Assembly: GCA_018608705.1 (NCBI GenBank)
Contig: JABAZD010000046.1
Span: 60,603-124,602 of the forward strand
DNA length: 64,000 nucleotides
Source of the DNA: Flavobacteriaceae bacterium
GTDB taxonomy: Bacteria > Bacteroidota > Bacteroidia > Flavobacteriales > Flavobacteriaceae
Reading direction: 5' to 3'
Shown: positions 10,601 through 18,670 of the stretch, one piece after another
Layout of the letters: the number at the start of each line of letters is the position of its first letter
How positions within the stretch are numbered: position 1 is the stretch's first letter
Notes under the pieces: model-generated
The model's database searches: none
Seen by the model: the letters and a program-made list of their open reading frames with translations, nothing else
What the model was told of the DNA's origin: nothing
Program-made: the position numbers and the translations under genes

Positions 10601-11107
10601 TTGCTTCAATAACCACCATACACTTTCCATGTATTTAGGGTCATAAGTAACATATGGGTCATCCATATTTACCCAATAACCCATTTTTTTAGTTAGGTTA
10701 TTCCAAACATCAGTATAGCGCATTACTGCAGTTCTACAGGCAGAGTTATAGTCTTCAACTGAAATAGTTTTGCCAATATCCTCTTTAGTAATCCCTAGTT
10801 CTTTTTCAACCCCCAACTCTATTGGTAAACCATGTGTATCCCAGCCTGCTTTTCGCTTGACTTGAAATCCTTTCATAGTTTTATAACGTGGAAAAATATC
10901 TTTTATAGCACGTGCTAAAACATGATGCACACCTGGTAATCCATTTGCAGACGGAGGTCCTTCAAAGAAAACAAATGGGTTTTGACCGTTTCGAGTGGTT
11001 ATACTTTTCTCAAAAATATTATTTTCTTCCCAAAGCTTTAGTATTTCATCGGCTACTTCTGGCAAGTTAAGTCCTTTATAATCAGGAAAAGTTGTACTCA
11101 TTATCAA
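7694..11107 (-). CDS. ileS: Isoleucine-tRNA ligase, type 2 (eukaryote-like)
   Basis: GPPSANG-GVHH, GWDTHGLP, WTTTPWTLP, DVWFDSG, AEGVDQTRGWFY, KMSKR; long C-terminal extension. Confidence 0.97.
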   Translation of the reverse strand: MIMSTTFPDYKGLNLPEVADEILKLWEENNIFEKSITTRNGQNPFVFFEGPPSANGLPGVHHVLARAIKDIFPRYKTMKGFQVKRKAGWDTHGLPIELGVEKELGITKEDIGKTISVEDYNSACRTAVMRYTDVWNNLTKKMGYWVNMDDPYVTYDPKYMESVWWLLKQIYNKNLIYKGYTIQPYSPKAGTGLSSHELNQPGTYQDVTDTTIVAQFKAVQGSLPPFLQNQGSILFLAWTTTPWTLPSNTALTVGPKIEYVLVKTYNQYTYKAASVVIAKALISKQFSGKFKQVDSDEELISYCPSDKNIPFFIGNSFLGKDLVGIFYEQLLDYALPNDNPENAFRIISGDFVTTEDGTGIVHTAPTFGADDATVAKQATPEIPPLLVKDSDGNLVPLVDLQGRFRPEVSEFAGRYVKNEYYPQGKAPEKSVDVELAIKLKTENKAFKVEKYKHSYPNCWRTDKPILYYPLDSWFIKVTDVKERMFELNKTINWKPKSTGEGRFGNWLANANDWNLSRSRYWGIPLPIWRTEDGKEEICIGSVEELKFEMGKAVNAGVLEKPIFEDFIVGDYSNKNYSKIDLHKNIVDSIILVSVSGKPMRRESDLIDVWFDSGSMPYAQWHYPFENKNIIDQSKAFPADFIAEGVDQTRGWFYTLHAIGTMVFDSVAYKNVVSNGLVLDKNGQKMSKRLGNATDPFDTLSTYGPDATRWYMISNSNPWDNLKFDIDGIEEVKRKFFGTLYNTYTFFTLYANIDKFSYSELNIKTEERPEIDRWILSELNSLVEKVDTFYAEYEPTKAARAISEFTQEYLSNWYVRLSRRRFWKGEYEHDKISAYQTLYTCMVTIAKLGAPIAPFFMDRLYLDLNSVTNKEALESIHLADFPLVDASLINKDLERKMGQAQTISSLVLSLRAKEKIKVRQPLQKIMIPVNSSVQREEILAISDLVKHEVNVKEVELLEDASDILVKQIKPNFKALGPRFGKDMKLISNAIQKLQEQDIKEIEEKGVLEIEINGKSIRLQSDDVEITSQDIEGWLVANQGAVTVALDVTISDTLKAEGIARELVNRIQNLRKDSGFRVTDRIEVFLQVDESLEDAIRLNLDYIKIETLTDNLQLVPQLDKGIEISFDAVNSKLHIQKFK

Positions 11108-11302
11108 TTATAATTAAGGTCGTAAAATTAATAAAATTTAACAAAAAGGAAGCTATTAAATTAGCTCATTTTAAGATTACATATAAATCTAAAAAGTAGT
11201 TGGTAAATTTTGTTAATTATTTGATGAGAAATATATGCTTACTAGATCAACTTAGCTTAAGAATCATACTTTATTAGATTTTTTCATAAAAGTATTTAAC
11301 CA

Positions 11303-11986
11303 TTAGAGTATGTAAAAGATAAGTCCGATTTTTAAAGTACTTATGTTTATAGGCTGGAAATCAGTTGTAGAAACTTCATTAAAAACGGGGTTTAGCCCGT
11401 AATAAATAAAACCATTCCAAGTATTATAACCAATACTCATTGTTATGCCGTATTGAAGTCTATTTAAATCTGTTAAATTTTTAATATTGATAGACTCCGA
11501 CCCATCTTCGAAAACAGATTTTGACCCTACAATATACCCTAACTTAAAGCCGGTATAAATCCGCCAGAACTTATAACTCTCAGTACTTGAAGTACGCCAC
11601 CTAAACTCAAAAGGAAGTTCTAAAAAATGCTGAGAAAAGCTATTCTTTGAGTAATTAGAGTTATCAATAATAGTATAAATAGAAGGATTGGATTCGCTAA
11701 TTCTAATGTTCTGGTTATAGCTATTATAAGAATAACCTAAGCCTAATGCTAAAGCAATATTGCGTCGCTTATTTAAAGGAAAATCCCTAACAAAACCTAA
11801 ATGGAGTCCGGGTGAAAAGCTATTCTGAGAAACATTTATAGGCATATTAATCAAAGAATTATAGGTAACACTAACATAAAACTGATCTTCCCTGTATAGG
11901 CTATCTGACTCAGGAACTAACCCAGTTTGTGCAGCCAATGTAAATACAAAGTTTATATGAAATATTAAATATAAGTAGAGCCTCAT
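11303..11986 (-). CDS. Outer-membrane beta-barrel (porin/PorT-like family)
   Basis: Signal peptide; YREDQFY; alternating beta strands with Gly/aromatic pattern. Confidence 0.65.
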   Translation of the reverse strand: MRLYLYLIFHINFVFTLAAQTGLVPESDSLYREDQFYVSVTYNSLINMPINVSQNSFSPGLHLGFVRDFPLNKRRNIALALGLGYSYNSYNQNIRISESNPSIYTIIDNSNYSKNSFSQHFLELPFEFRWRTSSTESYKFWRIYTGFKLGYIVGSKSVFEDGSESINIKNLTDLNRLQYGITMSIGYNTWNGFIYYGLNPVFNEVSTTDFQPINISTLKIGLIFYIL

Positions 11987-12016
11987 AATACAAACTGTTA
12001 TTACATTACTAAATTA

Positions 12017-12048
12017 AACAAAAAAGGCATTCTAATTAGAATGCCTTT
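12017..12048 (-). terminator. Intrinsic terminator after exbB/exbD operon
   Basis: Perfect palindrome AAAGGCATTCTAATTAGAATGCCTTT (12023-12048) followed by a T tract on the minus strand. Confidence 0.8.
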
Positions 12049-12067
12049 GAAATATAAAAATTATAAT

Positions 12068-12547
12068 TTAATTCATATTAGTCATTGCGTCTCCAACTCC
12101 AGTGGTGTAATTTATTTTGAGTGCATTAACTTTTCTTAATTCTTGCTTTACGTCCCCAACAATACCCATATTAGCGTCTCTATCGACTTTTAATGCAACG
12201 GTAAGAAAAGGAATTAATTCCTCTCTTAATGCCGCCCTTTCGGCGCTGATAAAAGCACTAACTTCATTAAGATTAGCAAACTGATCATTTAACTGTACTC
12301 TTGCTTCAGTTCCAAACTTTTCGTATCCAGAACTTGGCTTACCCATGTAGATATAGCTGACAGGGTTTTTCTTGTCAAGTTTTTCTACTTGGTTAGCAAC
12401 AGGGAGTGCATTTTGAATTTTAAGTGAATTTTCACGCATTACAGTTGCTACCATGAAAAAAAACAATAACATAAATACTATATCTGGAAGTGAAGCCGTA
12501 GAAATAGGTGGAGTACCTCCGTCTTTTTTCTTTTTAAATTTTGACAT
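12068..12547 (-). CDS. exbD: ExbD/TolR family protein
   Basis: SLPDIVFMLLFFFMV TM helix with conserved Asp; LKVDRDANMG. Confidence 0.9.
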   Translation of the reverse strand: MSKFKKKKDGGTPPISTASLPDIVFMLLFFFMVATVMRENSLKIQNALPVANQVEKLDKKNPVSYIYMGKPSSGYEKFGTEARVQLNDQFANLNEVSAFISAERAALREELIPFLTVALKVDRDANMGIVGDVKQELRKVNALKINYTTGVGDAMTNMN

Positions 12548-12572
12548 CTTGTTTACTTTTAAGTTTGATCAT

Positions 12573-13178
12573 TTACTGAACTTCAGATAATTTTTGTGGA
12601 AACTCCAACTTTATCTGGTCAATTACTGCTTTTAACTTTACTTTATTTCCAACAAATCGTGCGTCCTTATAGTTCTTTTGCATTTCAACAAAATTCATGT
12701 CTTTAAAGCCTTCCTTAGAACCTAATTCGTAACCACGTCTATTTCTAAGTAAATTATAAGCCGCAACTAGCTCGTTTTGAACAGAAATGTAGGCCGCGTA
12801 TGAGGTTTCTCTTTCATTTTTCAAGGAAATAATAGCTTTATCTGGATTATCTGAAGATGCTGGATCCTTAATCCCTTTGCAATAATTACATGTTTTATCT
12901 CCATTATTGTCCAAAAACTCAACAGCTGCAGATCTCAAGTCTTTAAGCTCCATCAATTCATCTTCAACTAGAAGCTGGTCTTTCCCGTTTAAAAGAACTG
13001 TAAAAATATTCTTTTGCTTGATGACAACATCTTCTTCAAGCTCTTCAATAGGAGGAAGCTTGCGATTAATTCCTGAGTCTTTTTCTATGGTAGTTGTAAC
13101 TAAGAAAAATATTAACAATAAAAAAGCAATGTCTGCCATTGAGCCAGCATTAACTTCTGGTACGGATCGCTTTGCCAT
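12573..13178 (-). CDS. exbD: ExbD/TolR family protein with periplasmic insert
   Basis: SMADIAFLLLIFFLVTT; RETSYAAYISVQNEL. Confidence 0.88.
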   Translation of the reverse strand: MAKRSVPEVNAGSMADIAFLLLIFFLVTTTIEKDSGINRKLPPIEELEEDVVIKQKNIFTVLLNGKDQLLVEDELMELKDLRSAAVEFLDNNGDKTCNYCKGIKDPASSDNPDKAIISLKNERETSYAAYISVQNELVAAYNLLRNRRGYELGSKEGFKDMNFVEMQKNYKDARFVGNKVKLKAVIDQIKLEFPQKLSEVQ

Positions 13179-13179
13179 A

Positions 13180-13620
13180 TTATTTTACCATTTTTTTAAT
13201 TCCAAACCCTAGCATTATTCCTCCAGCTATAAAAGCTAAGAAATAGAATAAGTAAAGGCCAGCACCTATGAGTTTAGATCCATTAGCAGATAGTATATTA
13301 CCATCTTTTAAGCTTGATTCAACTCCATTTGCAAACCCAAAATAACAAATTAAAGAAAGTACTACGAAAGCACCTATACCAATGAGGGTGTTTTTTAATC
13401 CTGATGTGTTTGAAACTAGATTCAGCACTGTAAATGCTAAAACTATAAGTACAGCCACAGCAAGAATTGAGTAAGAAACATACATAAATACATTCACAGT
13501 TCCACTGCTTTGACCCGCTTTTATAGCCTCATCTCCTGCTGAAAGAATACTTCCAAGGAAAAAGATTGAAATTACTCCGATAACAATAGCAACAATCTTC
13601 AATATTTTTTGTAAATCCAT
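13180..13620 (-). CDS. Hypothetical 4-TM membrane protein in exbB/exbD operon
   Basis: Four hydrophobic segments; tightly spaced between exbB and exbD. Confidence 0.75.
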   Translation of the reverse strand: MDLQKILKIVAIVIGVISIFFLGSILSAGDEAIKAGQSSGTVNVFMYVSYSILAVAVLIVLAFTVLNLVSNTSGLKNTLIGIGAFVVLSLICYFGFANGVESSLKDGNILSANGSKLIGAGLYLFYFLAFIAGGIMLGFGIKKMVK

Positions 13621-13648
13621 AATTATTTGATTTAGTATTGAGTTGTTA

Positions 13649-14419
13649 TTATTTTTTATTTTTAACCAAAATATCCATTAAGGTAATTGAAGCATCTTCC
13701 ATATTATTTACAATGCTATCAATTTTAGCTATAATATAATTATAAAAGACTTGAAGTATAATTGCAACAACTAGTCCAAATACCGTTGTTAGAAGAGCTA
13801 CTTTAATACCTCCAGCTACAAGTGATGGTTGCATGTCCCCAGCAGCTTCAATCTTATCGAATGCTTGAATCATTCCAATAACTGTTCCCATAAATCCTAA
13901 CATTGGTGCTAATGCTATGAATAAAGAAATCCAAGAAACATTTTTCTCAAGCTGTCCCATTTGAACGCCTCCGTAGGCAACTACAGCTTTCTCGGCAGAC
14001 TCTAAATCTTCGTTTGCACGATCTAAACCTTGGTAAAAAATTGATGCGATAGGTCCCTTTGTGTTTCTACAAACCTCTTTTGCTGCATCTAAACCACCTG
14101 AAGAAAGAGCATTCTCTACATCTTCTGTTAGTTTCTTTGTATTAGTAGTTGAAAGGTTCAAAAAGATGATTCTTTCTATAGCAATTGCAAGCCCAAGAAT
14201 AAGGCACAGTAATACGATTCCCATAAAACCAGGGCCGCCTTCAATAAAACGTTTTTTAAGCTCTTGATGAAACCCTAGAGACTCAACATCATCTGAAGAA
14301 GTATCATCTTGAAGCGGATTGACAATAGTCGAAGCAGTAATGACAGTGTTTGTAGTAGCACTAACGGAACCGAATGCCATCATGAAAGCGATAGCTAAAA
14401 TTGGAAATAATCTTTTCAT
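13649..14419 (-). CDS. exbB: MotA/TolQ/ExbB proton channel
   Basis: APMLGFMGTVIGMIQAF, LVAGGIKVALLTTVFGL. Confidence 0.93.
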   Translation of the reverse strand: MKRLFPILAIAFMMAFGSVSATTNTVITASTIVNPLQDDTSSDDVESLGFHQELKKRFIEGGPGFMGIVLLCLILGLAIAIERIIFLNLSTTNTKKLTEDVENALSSGGLDAAKEVCRNTKGPIASIFYQGLDRANEDLESAEKAVVAYGGVQMGQLEKNVSWISLFIALAPMLGFMGTVIGMIQAFDKIEAAGDMQPSLVAGGIKVALLTTVFGLVVAIILQVFYNYIIAKIDSIVNNMEDASITLMDILVKNKK

Positions 14420-14623
14420 TGTTGTATTCTTATTTTATTAAAAAAGTTTGTGTTTAGGGAGCTAAAGATATGAAAAAAATATAGTTACGAAAACAAAAAT
14501 GACAAAAGTCATTAAATAATAAATTATTGCATAGCTGTCTATTAACATTCATGATAAGCAGGAAATTATTAGCACTATGGCACCCTGTCTAGTATCCTAG
14601 TAGACAATCTACTCTGTTTGTTG

Positions 14624-14708
14624 CAGAGAGGAAGGGATTCGAACCCTCGATACGTTGCCGTATACACGCTTTCCAAGCGTGCGCCTTAAGCCACTCGGCC
14701 ACCTCTCT
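14624..14708 (-). tRNA. tRNA-Ser(GGA)
   Basis: Acceptor AGAGAGG/CCTCTCT, D arm GCCGAGTGGCTTAAGGC, anticodon stem CACGC-TTGGAAA-GCGTG, long variable arm, TTCGAAT loop; CCA not encoded. Confidence 0.96.
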
Positions 14709-14772
14709 ATTTTTTTGCATAATCGCAGCCCAAATAAAGAGAAAATTGTTTGATTTTTAAAATTTTTGAGTG

Positions 14773-15801
14773 CTAATTTTTAGATATTTCTCCCCTGAGG
14801 TCAGATTCAAAAACAGTTTTAAACATTTTCCTAGAAATTTTAAGTCCAAGCATGTACATTAGCTTTGTTAAGGCAGACTCAGTTGTCATATCTTTTCCAG
14901 AAATAACCCCCAACTCTTCAAGTAACTTACCAGTGTGATACTGATTCATTTGAACACTCCCCCCAGCGCACTGGGTGACATTCACCACGTAAATACCTTT
15001 TTTTAAGGCTTCCTCGATGGTTTGAAGAAACCAAGTATCAGTAGATGCATTTCCACTTCCATAGGTCTCAATTATAACTGCCTTTAATTTTGGTATATCT
15101 AAAATTGAACTCAAAACTGTTTGTGAGATCCCAGGAAATAATTTAACCAATGCAACATTATCATCTAGCTCTTTATGAACACAAAAAGATGCTTTTGAGT
15201 AGTTTTTTAATAATAATTCATGGTTAATGTTTAGATGAACACCTGATGTCAATAAAGCTGGGAAATTTAATGAAGAAAACGCTTCAAAGTAATCTGCGTT
15301 AATTTTAGTTGTTCGGTTACCCCTATACAGTTTGTATTCAAAATACAAACCTACTTCATTTATAATTGGTTTGTTATTGTTTTGTAATGCTGCAATTTGT
15401 ATTGCAGTGATTAAATTCTCTTTAGCATCAGTGCGTAAATCGCCTATTGGCAATTGGGATCCTGTAAATATCACAGGTTTGGATAGGTTTTCTAACATAA
15501 AACTAAGCGCCGACGCTGAATAACTCATGGTGTCACTACCATGCAATACTACAAAACCGTCGTACATCGTATAATTTTGATCTATGATTGTAGCAATTTC
15601 TATCCAGTGAGTTGGATTTATGTTGGAGGAATCTATAGGAGTTTCGAACGAAATATTGTCTATGGAGCAGTCTAATAAATTTAACTCTGGAATCTTTTCT
15701 AATAGAGAAGCAAAATCAAATGCTTGTAAAGAAGCGGTCAAAGGATCTTTAATCATCCCAATAGTACCACCGGTATAAATCAATAAGATTTGAGGTTTCA
15801 T
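14773..15801 (-). CDS. ansA: L-asparaginase type I (cytoplasmic)
   Basis: YTGGTIGM, HGSDTM, TGSQLPI, RGNRTTK, no signal peptide. Confidence 0.92.
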   Translation of the reverse strand: MKPQILLIYTGGTIGMIKDPLTASLQAFDFASLLEKIPELNLLDCSIDNISFETPIDSSNINPTHWIEIATIIDQNYTMYDGFVVLHGSDTMSYSASALSFMLENLSKPVIFTGSQLPIGDLRTDAKENLITAIQIAALQNNNKPIINEVGLYFEYKLYRGNRTTKINADYFEAFSSLNFPALLTSGVHLNINHELLLKNYSKASFCVHKELDDNVALVKLFPGISQTVLSSILDIPKLKAVIIETYGSGNASTDTWFLQTIEEALKKGIYVVNVTQCAGGSVQMNQYHTGKLLEELGVISGKDMTTESALTKLMYMLGLKISRKMFKTVFESDLRGEISKN

Positions 15802-15804
15802 TTA

Positions 15805-16572
15805 TTATTTTTTAAAAATAGACTTTGAATTTTCGGTAGTGATTGATGCAATTTTATCTGTTGAAACCTCATAAATATCAGAAAGTTTTTCTAAAATATT
15901 TAATATATAACTGCTTTCATTACGTTTTCCTCTAAAAGGCACAGGTGACAAGTAAGGAGAATCAGTCTCTAAAACAACATGTTCCAGGCTGATTTTATTT
16001 AAAAAATGATCTATTCCTCCATTTTTAAAAGTGGCAACTCCTCCAATTCCTAACTTCATATTATAGGACATTGCTTTTTGAGCTTGGTGTAAATCTCCTG
16101 TAAAACAATGAAATATTCCGAACAAATCAGAACCTTTTTCTTGTTCTAGAACTTGAAACACTTCATCAAAAGCATTTCTACAATGAATTACAATGGGAAG
16201 ATTATACTGCTTCGCCAATTGGATTTGTGCTCTAAAAGCCTCCTTTTGTAGCTTTAAAGTACTATGGTCCCAATAGAGATCTATTCCAATTTCTCCGATT
16301 GCAACAAACTCGCGAATTTTAAGCTGATCCTCAACATGGGCTAATTCTTCTCGATAGTTTTCTTTTACATGAGTGGGGTGAACTCCAGTCATTAAAAACA
16401 TGTGGTTTGGGTATCTGGCTTCGAGTGAATACATTGCTTCAGTGTACGTAGAATCAATTGCAGGAATAAAAAATCGACTTACACCAGCTGCTAATGCACG
16501 CTCAATAACTTGGTCTCTATCGTCATCAAATTGTTCACTATAAAGATGTGTATGTGTATCTGTGATTATCAT
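15805..16572 (-). CDS. tatD: TatD family hydrolase/DNase
   Basis: DTHTHL, GVHP, IGEIGID, IHCR, FHCF, ETDSPYL. Confidence 0.93.
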   Translation of the reverse strand: MIITDTHTHLYSEQFDDDRDQVIERALAAGVSRFFIPAIDSTYTEAMYSLEARYPNHMFLMTGVHPTHVKENYREELAHVEDQLKIREFVAIGEIGIDLYWDHSTLKLQKEAFRAQIQLAKQYNLPIVIHCRNAFDEVFQVLEQEKGSDLFGIFHCFTGDLHQAQKAMSYNMKLGIGGVATFKNGGIDHFLNKISLEHVVLETDSPYLSPVPFRGKRNESSYILNILEKLSDIYEVSTDKIASITTENSKSIFKK

Positions 16573-16576
16573 AATA

Positions 16577-16605
16577 CAAAAGTAAGATTTTGAATAGTAT
16601 ATTTG
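16577..16605. promoter_or_regulatory. Divergent -7 elements: TACTTTTG (minus, tatD) and TATATTTG (plus, aspartyl protease)
   Basis: TAnnTTTG matches at 16584-16577 and 16598-16605. Confidence 0.65.
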
Positions 16606-16620
16606 TAAAAATAATTTACT

Positions 16621-17073
16621 TTGAAAACAACTAGGAATAATTTATCTGATTTTTTGAAAAATAAATCATACTTTAAGATAAAATTACACACAATTAGGTC
16701 TAATCACTTTACGTTAATATCAAAAATCAATAAAGTCAAAGGAGTTTTTATTTTGGATACTGGCGCCTCATCGTCATTCCTAGACCTAAAGCTCAAAGAT
16801 AAGTATAAACTAAAACTAGAAACTTCCAAAATAGAAACTAGAGGTGCTGGCCCGAATAAGTTAATGACACTCGTCTCTAAAAATAATTCTATAAATATTG
16901 GGGGATGGGCTTGTAAAAGATTTCCTCTTGCATTAATAGATTTTAGTAATATAAATGATGTATTTGAATCTATTGAGACTAGCCCCGTAGATGGAATAAT
17001 TGGTGCTGATATTTTAAAAAAAGGAAGTGCAATTATCGATTATGAAAAAAAATATTTATACCTGAGTTACTAA
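16621..17073 (+). CDS. Retropepsin-like single-domain aspartyl protease
   Basis: FILDTGASSS catalytic motif and DGIIGADIL; TTG start. Confidence 0.85.
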   Translation: MKTTRNNLSDFLKNKSYFKIKLHTIRSNHFTLISKINKVKGVFILDTGASSSFLDLKLKDKYKLKLETSKIETRGAGPNKLMTLVSKNNSINIGGWACKRFPLALIDFSNINDVFESIETSPVDGIIGADILKKGSAIIDYEKKYLYLSY

Positions 17074-17118
17074 AACAAAAAATCCCACTACTGTGGGATT
17101 TTTTGTTTTAGTAACTCA
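17063..17118. terminator. Bidirectional terminator; 26-bp perfect inverted repeat
   Basis: TGAGTTACTAAAACAAAAAATCCCAC-TACT-GTGGGATTTTTTGTTTTAGTAACTCA between convergent genes. Confidence 0.88.
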
Positions 17119-17125
17119 TTAAAAA

Positions 17126-17842
17126 TTAATCTTGAACCTGAAAAGTAATAGGGAGTGAATAAGGAACAATAACTGGTTTTCCACGCTGACGTCCTGGTTT
17201 CATTTTAGGTAGCATATTGATGACTCTGGCCGCTTCTTGTTCAAGACGCGGGTGAGGTGCTCTAGAACGAACCCCAACAACGTTTCCGCGTTTATCAATT
17301 TTAAAAATAACATTAATCCTTTGCCTTCCAGACAAACCTAAATCTCCTGCCAGGTCTGTATTAAATTTACGCTGAACAAATTTAGCTATTTTGGCTGACA
17401 TACATTTACGTTTCTCCGAATTAGATCCTTTTTCGCACCCTGGGTATTCTGGTACATTTTCAATTACTGAAAATGGAACTTCAACGTCCTCATAAACCTC
17501 TTCAACTACTATATCTTCTACTTCAATTTCTTCATCTTGATCAGTCTCTGTTGACTCAATTACGGTTTCTTCAATTTCCTCCTCATCTTCAACTATATCA
17601 ATAACTTCTGGTGCTGCCGGAGGAGGAGGTGGTGGTGGTGGTGGCTTAATCTGATCTATTAGAGGGATTTCTTCATCAAGATCAGCATCTAAATCTAGTT
17701 GACCTATGTCAATTAATGATTTATCGTAAGTTTTATAATTAATGGTGGTGTAAGTTAAAAATAACATTAAAGCTAATCCAACTGCAAAATAAATTGAACC
17801 GTTTCTACTAACATCTGATTTTGGGTTTTTCTTTGATTCCAT
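17126..17842 (-). CDS. tonB: Energy transducer TonB
   Basis: N-terminal TM, 9-Pro run, acidic linker, C-terminal TonB_C (PEYPGC...KMKPGRQRGKPV). Confidence 0.92.
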   Translation of the reverse strand: MESKKNPKSDVSRNGSIYFAVGLALMLFLTYTTINYKTYDKSLIDIGQLDLDADLDEEIPLIDQIKPPPPPPPPPAAPEVIDIVEDEEEIEETVIESTETDQDEEIEVEDIVVEEVYEDVEVPFSVIENVPEYPGCEKGSNSEKRKCMSAKIAKFVQRKFNTDLAGDLGLSGRQRINVIFKIDKRGNVVGVRSRAPHPRLEQEAARVINMLPKMKPGRQRGKPVIVPYSLPITFQVQD

Positions 17843-17901
17843 ATTAAGTGTTCTTTATAGTGGGCTAAAATTAATTAAAAAAATCACAAATACACAAAGC
17901 T

Positions 17902-18276
17902 TTACATTTTTTTAATTGGAACTTTGTTTTTTGTATAAATGAGGGTAGCCATTGACATTGCCCCCATTACATTTGCCATAAAATCATATGCATCGCTTGT
18001 TCTGCCTATAAAATCCAGTCCTTGTATGAGTTCAATAGCCATACCAAACAGAATTGACAAACAAAGGGCTATAAACAAACTTCGCTTTAGATCTAGTGAT
18101 TTAAAAGTAAAAAACCACATTAGACAGAAAATGGCATACAATAAAAAATGTGCGATTTTATCATCAAAACCTGAGTTTAATTTCGGAAGTTTATTACCAA
18201 GATTAACTAGGCTTAATACAGTAACTGCTATTGTATAAAATACAGTTGCACTAAAAATAGTTGTTTTTTTAGGCAC
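17902..18276 (-). CDS. VanZ-like membrane protein
   Basis: [29 protein letters not shown]. Confidence 0.85.
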   Translation of the reverse strand: MPKKTTIFSATVFYTIAVTVLSLVNLGNKLPKLNSGFDDKIAHFLLYAIFCLMWFFTFKSLDLKRSLFIALCLSILFGMAIELIQGLDFIGRTSDAYDFMANVMGAMSMATLIYTKNKVPIKKM

Positions 18277-18649
18277 CTACCAAAGATTTATAATCTTCAG
18301 AGCTCAAAAGGGAATCTAGCTCTGTAGAATCAGTTAATCTTATTTTAATCATCCAGCCATCTCCATAAGGATCTTCATTTACTTTCTCAGGCTCTTCTTC
18401 AAGAGACTCATTAAATTCTATTATTTCGCCTGCGACTGGCATAAATAAGTCTGATACTGTTTTGACTGCTTCAACAGTTCCAAAAACGGCCTCTGAGTCA
18501 AGAGTCTCATCCAAATTATCTACTTCAACATAAACAATATCGCCTAACTCACCCTGTGCAAAATCAGTAATTCCAACAGTAACTACATTACCTTCTACTT
18601 TGACCCACTCATGATCTTTTGTGTATTTTAAATTTGATGGTGTTTTCAT
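18269..18649 (-). CDS. gcvH: Glycine cleavage system H protein
   Basis: [22 protein letters not shown] (lipoyl Lys), DPYGDGW. Confidence 0.97.
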   Translation of the reverse strand: MKTPSNLKYTKDHEWVKVEGNVVTVGITDFAQGELGDIVYVEVDNLDETLDSEAVFGTVEAVKTVSDLFMPVAGEIIEFNESLEEEPEKVNEDPYGDGWMIKIRLTDSTELDSLLSSEDYKSLVGA

Positions 18650-18670
18650 ATTTGTATATTTAGTATTTAA

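Noticed and set aside
14420-14623. Possible ncRNA or insertion remnant after tRNA-Ser, including imperfect hairpin TGTCTA...TAGACA (14586-14606)
   Set aside because: Short imperfect stem, no recognizable family, no att repeat
17618-17644. (CCA/CCT)n repeat encoding nine prolines
   Set aside because: Normal TonB periplasmic spacer
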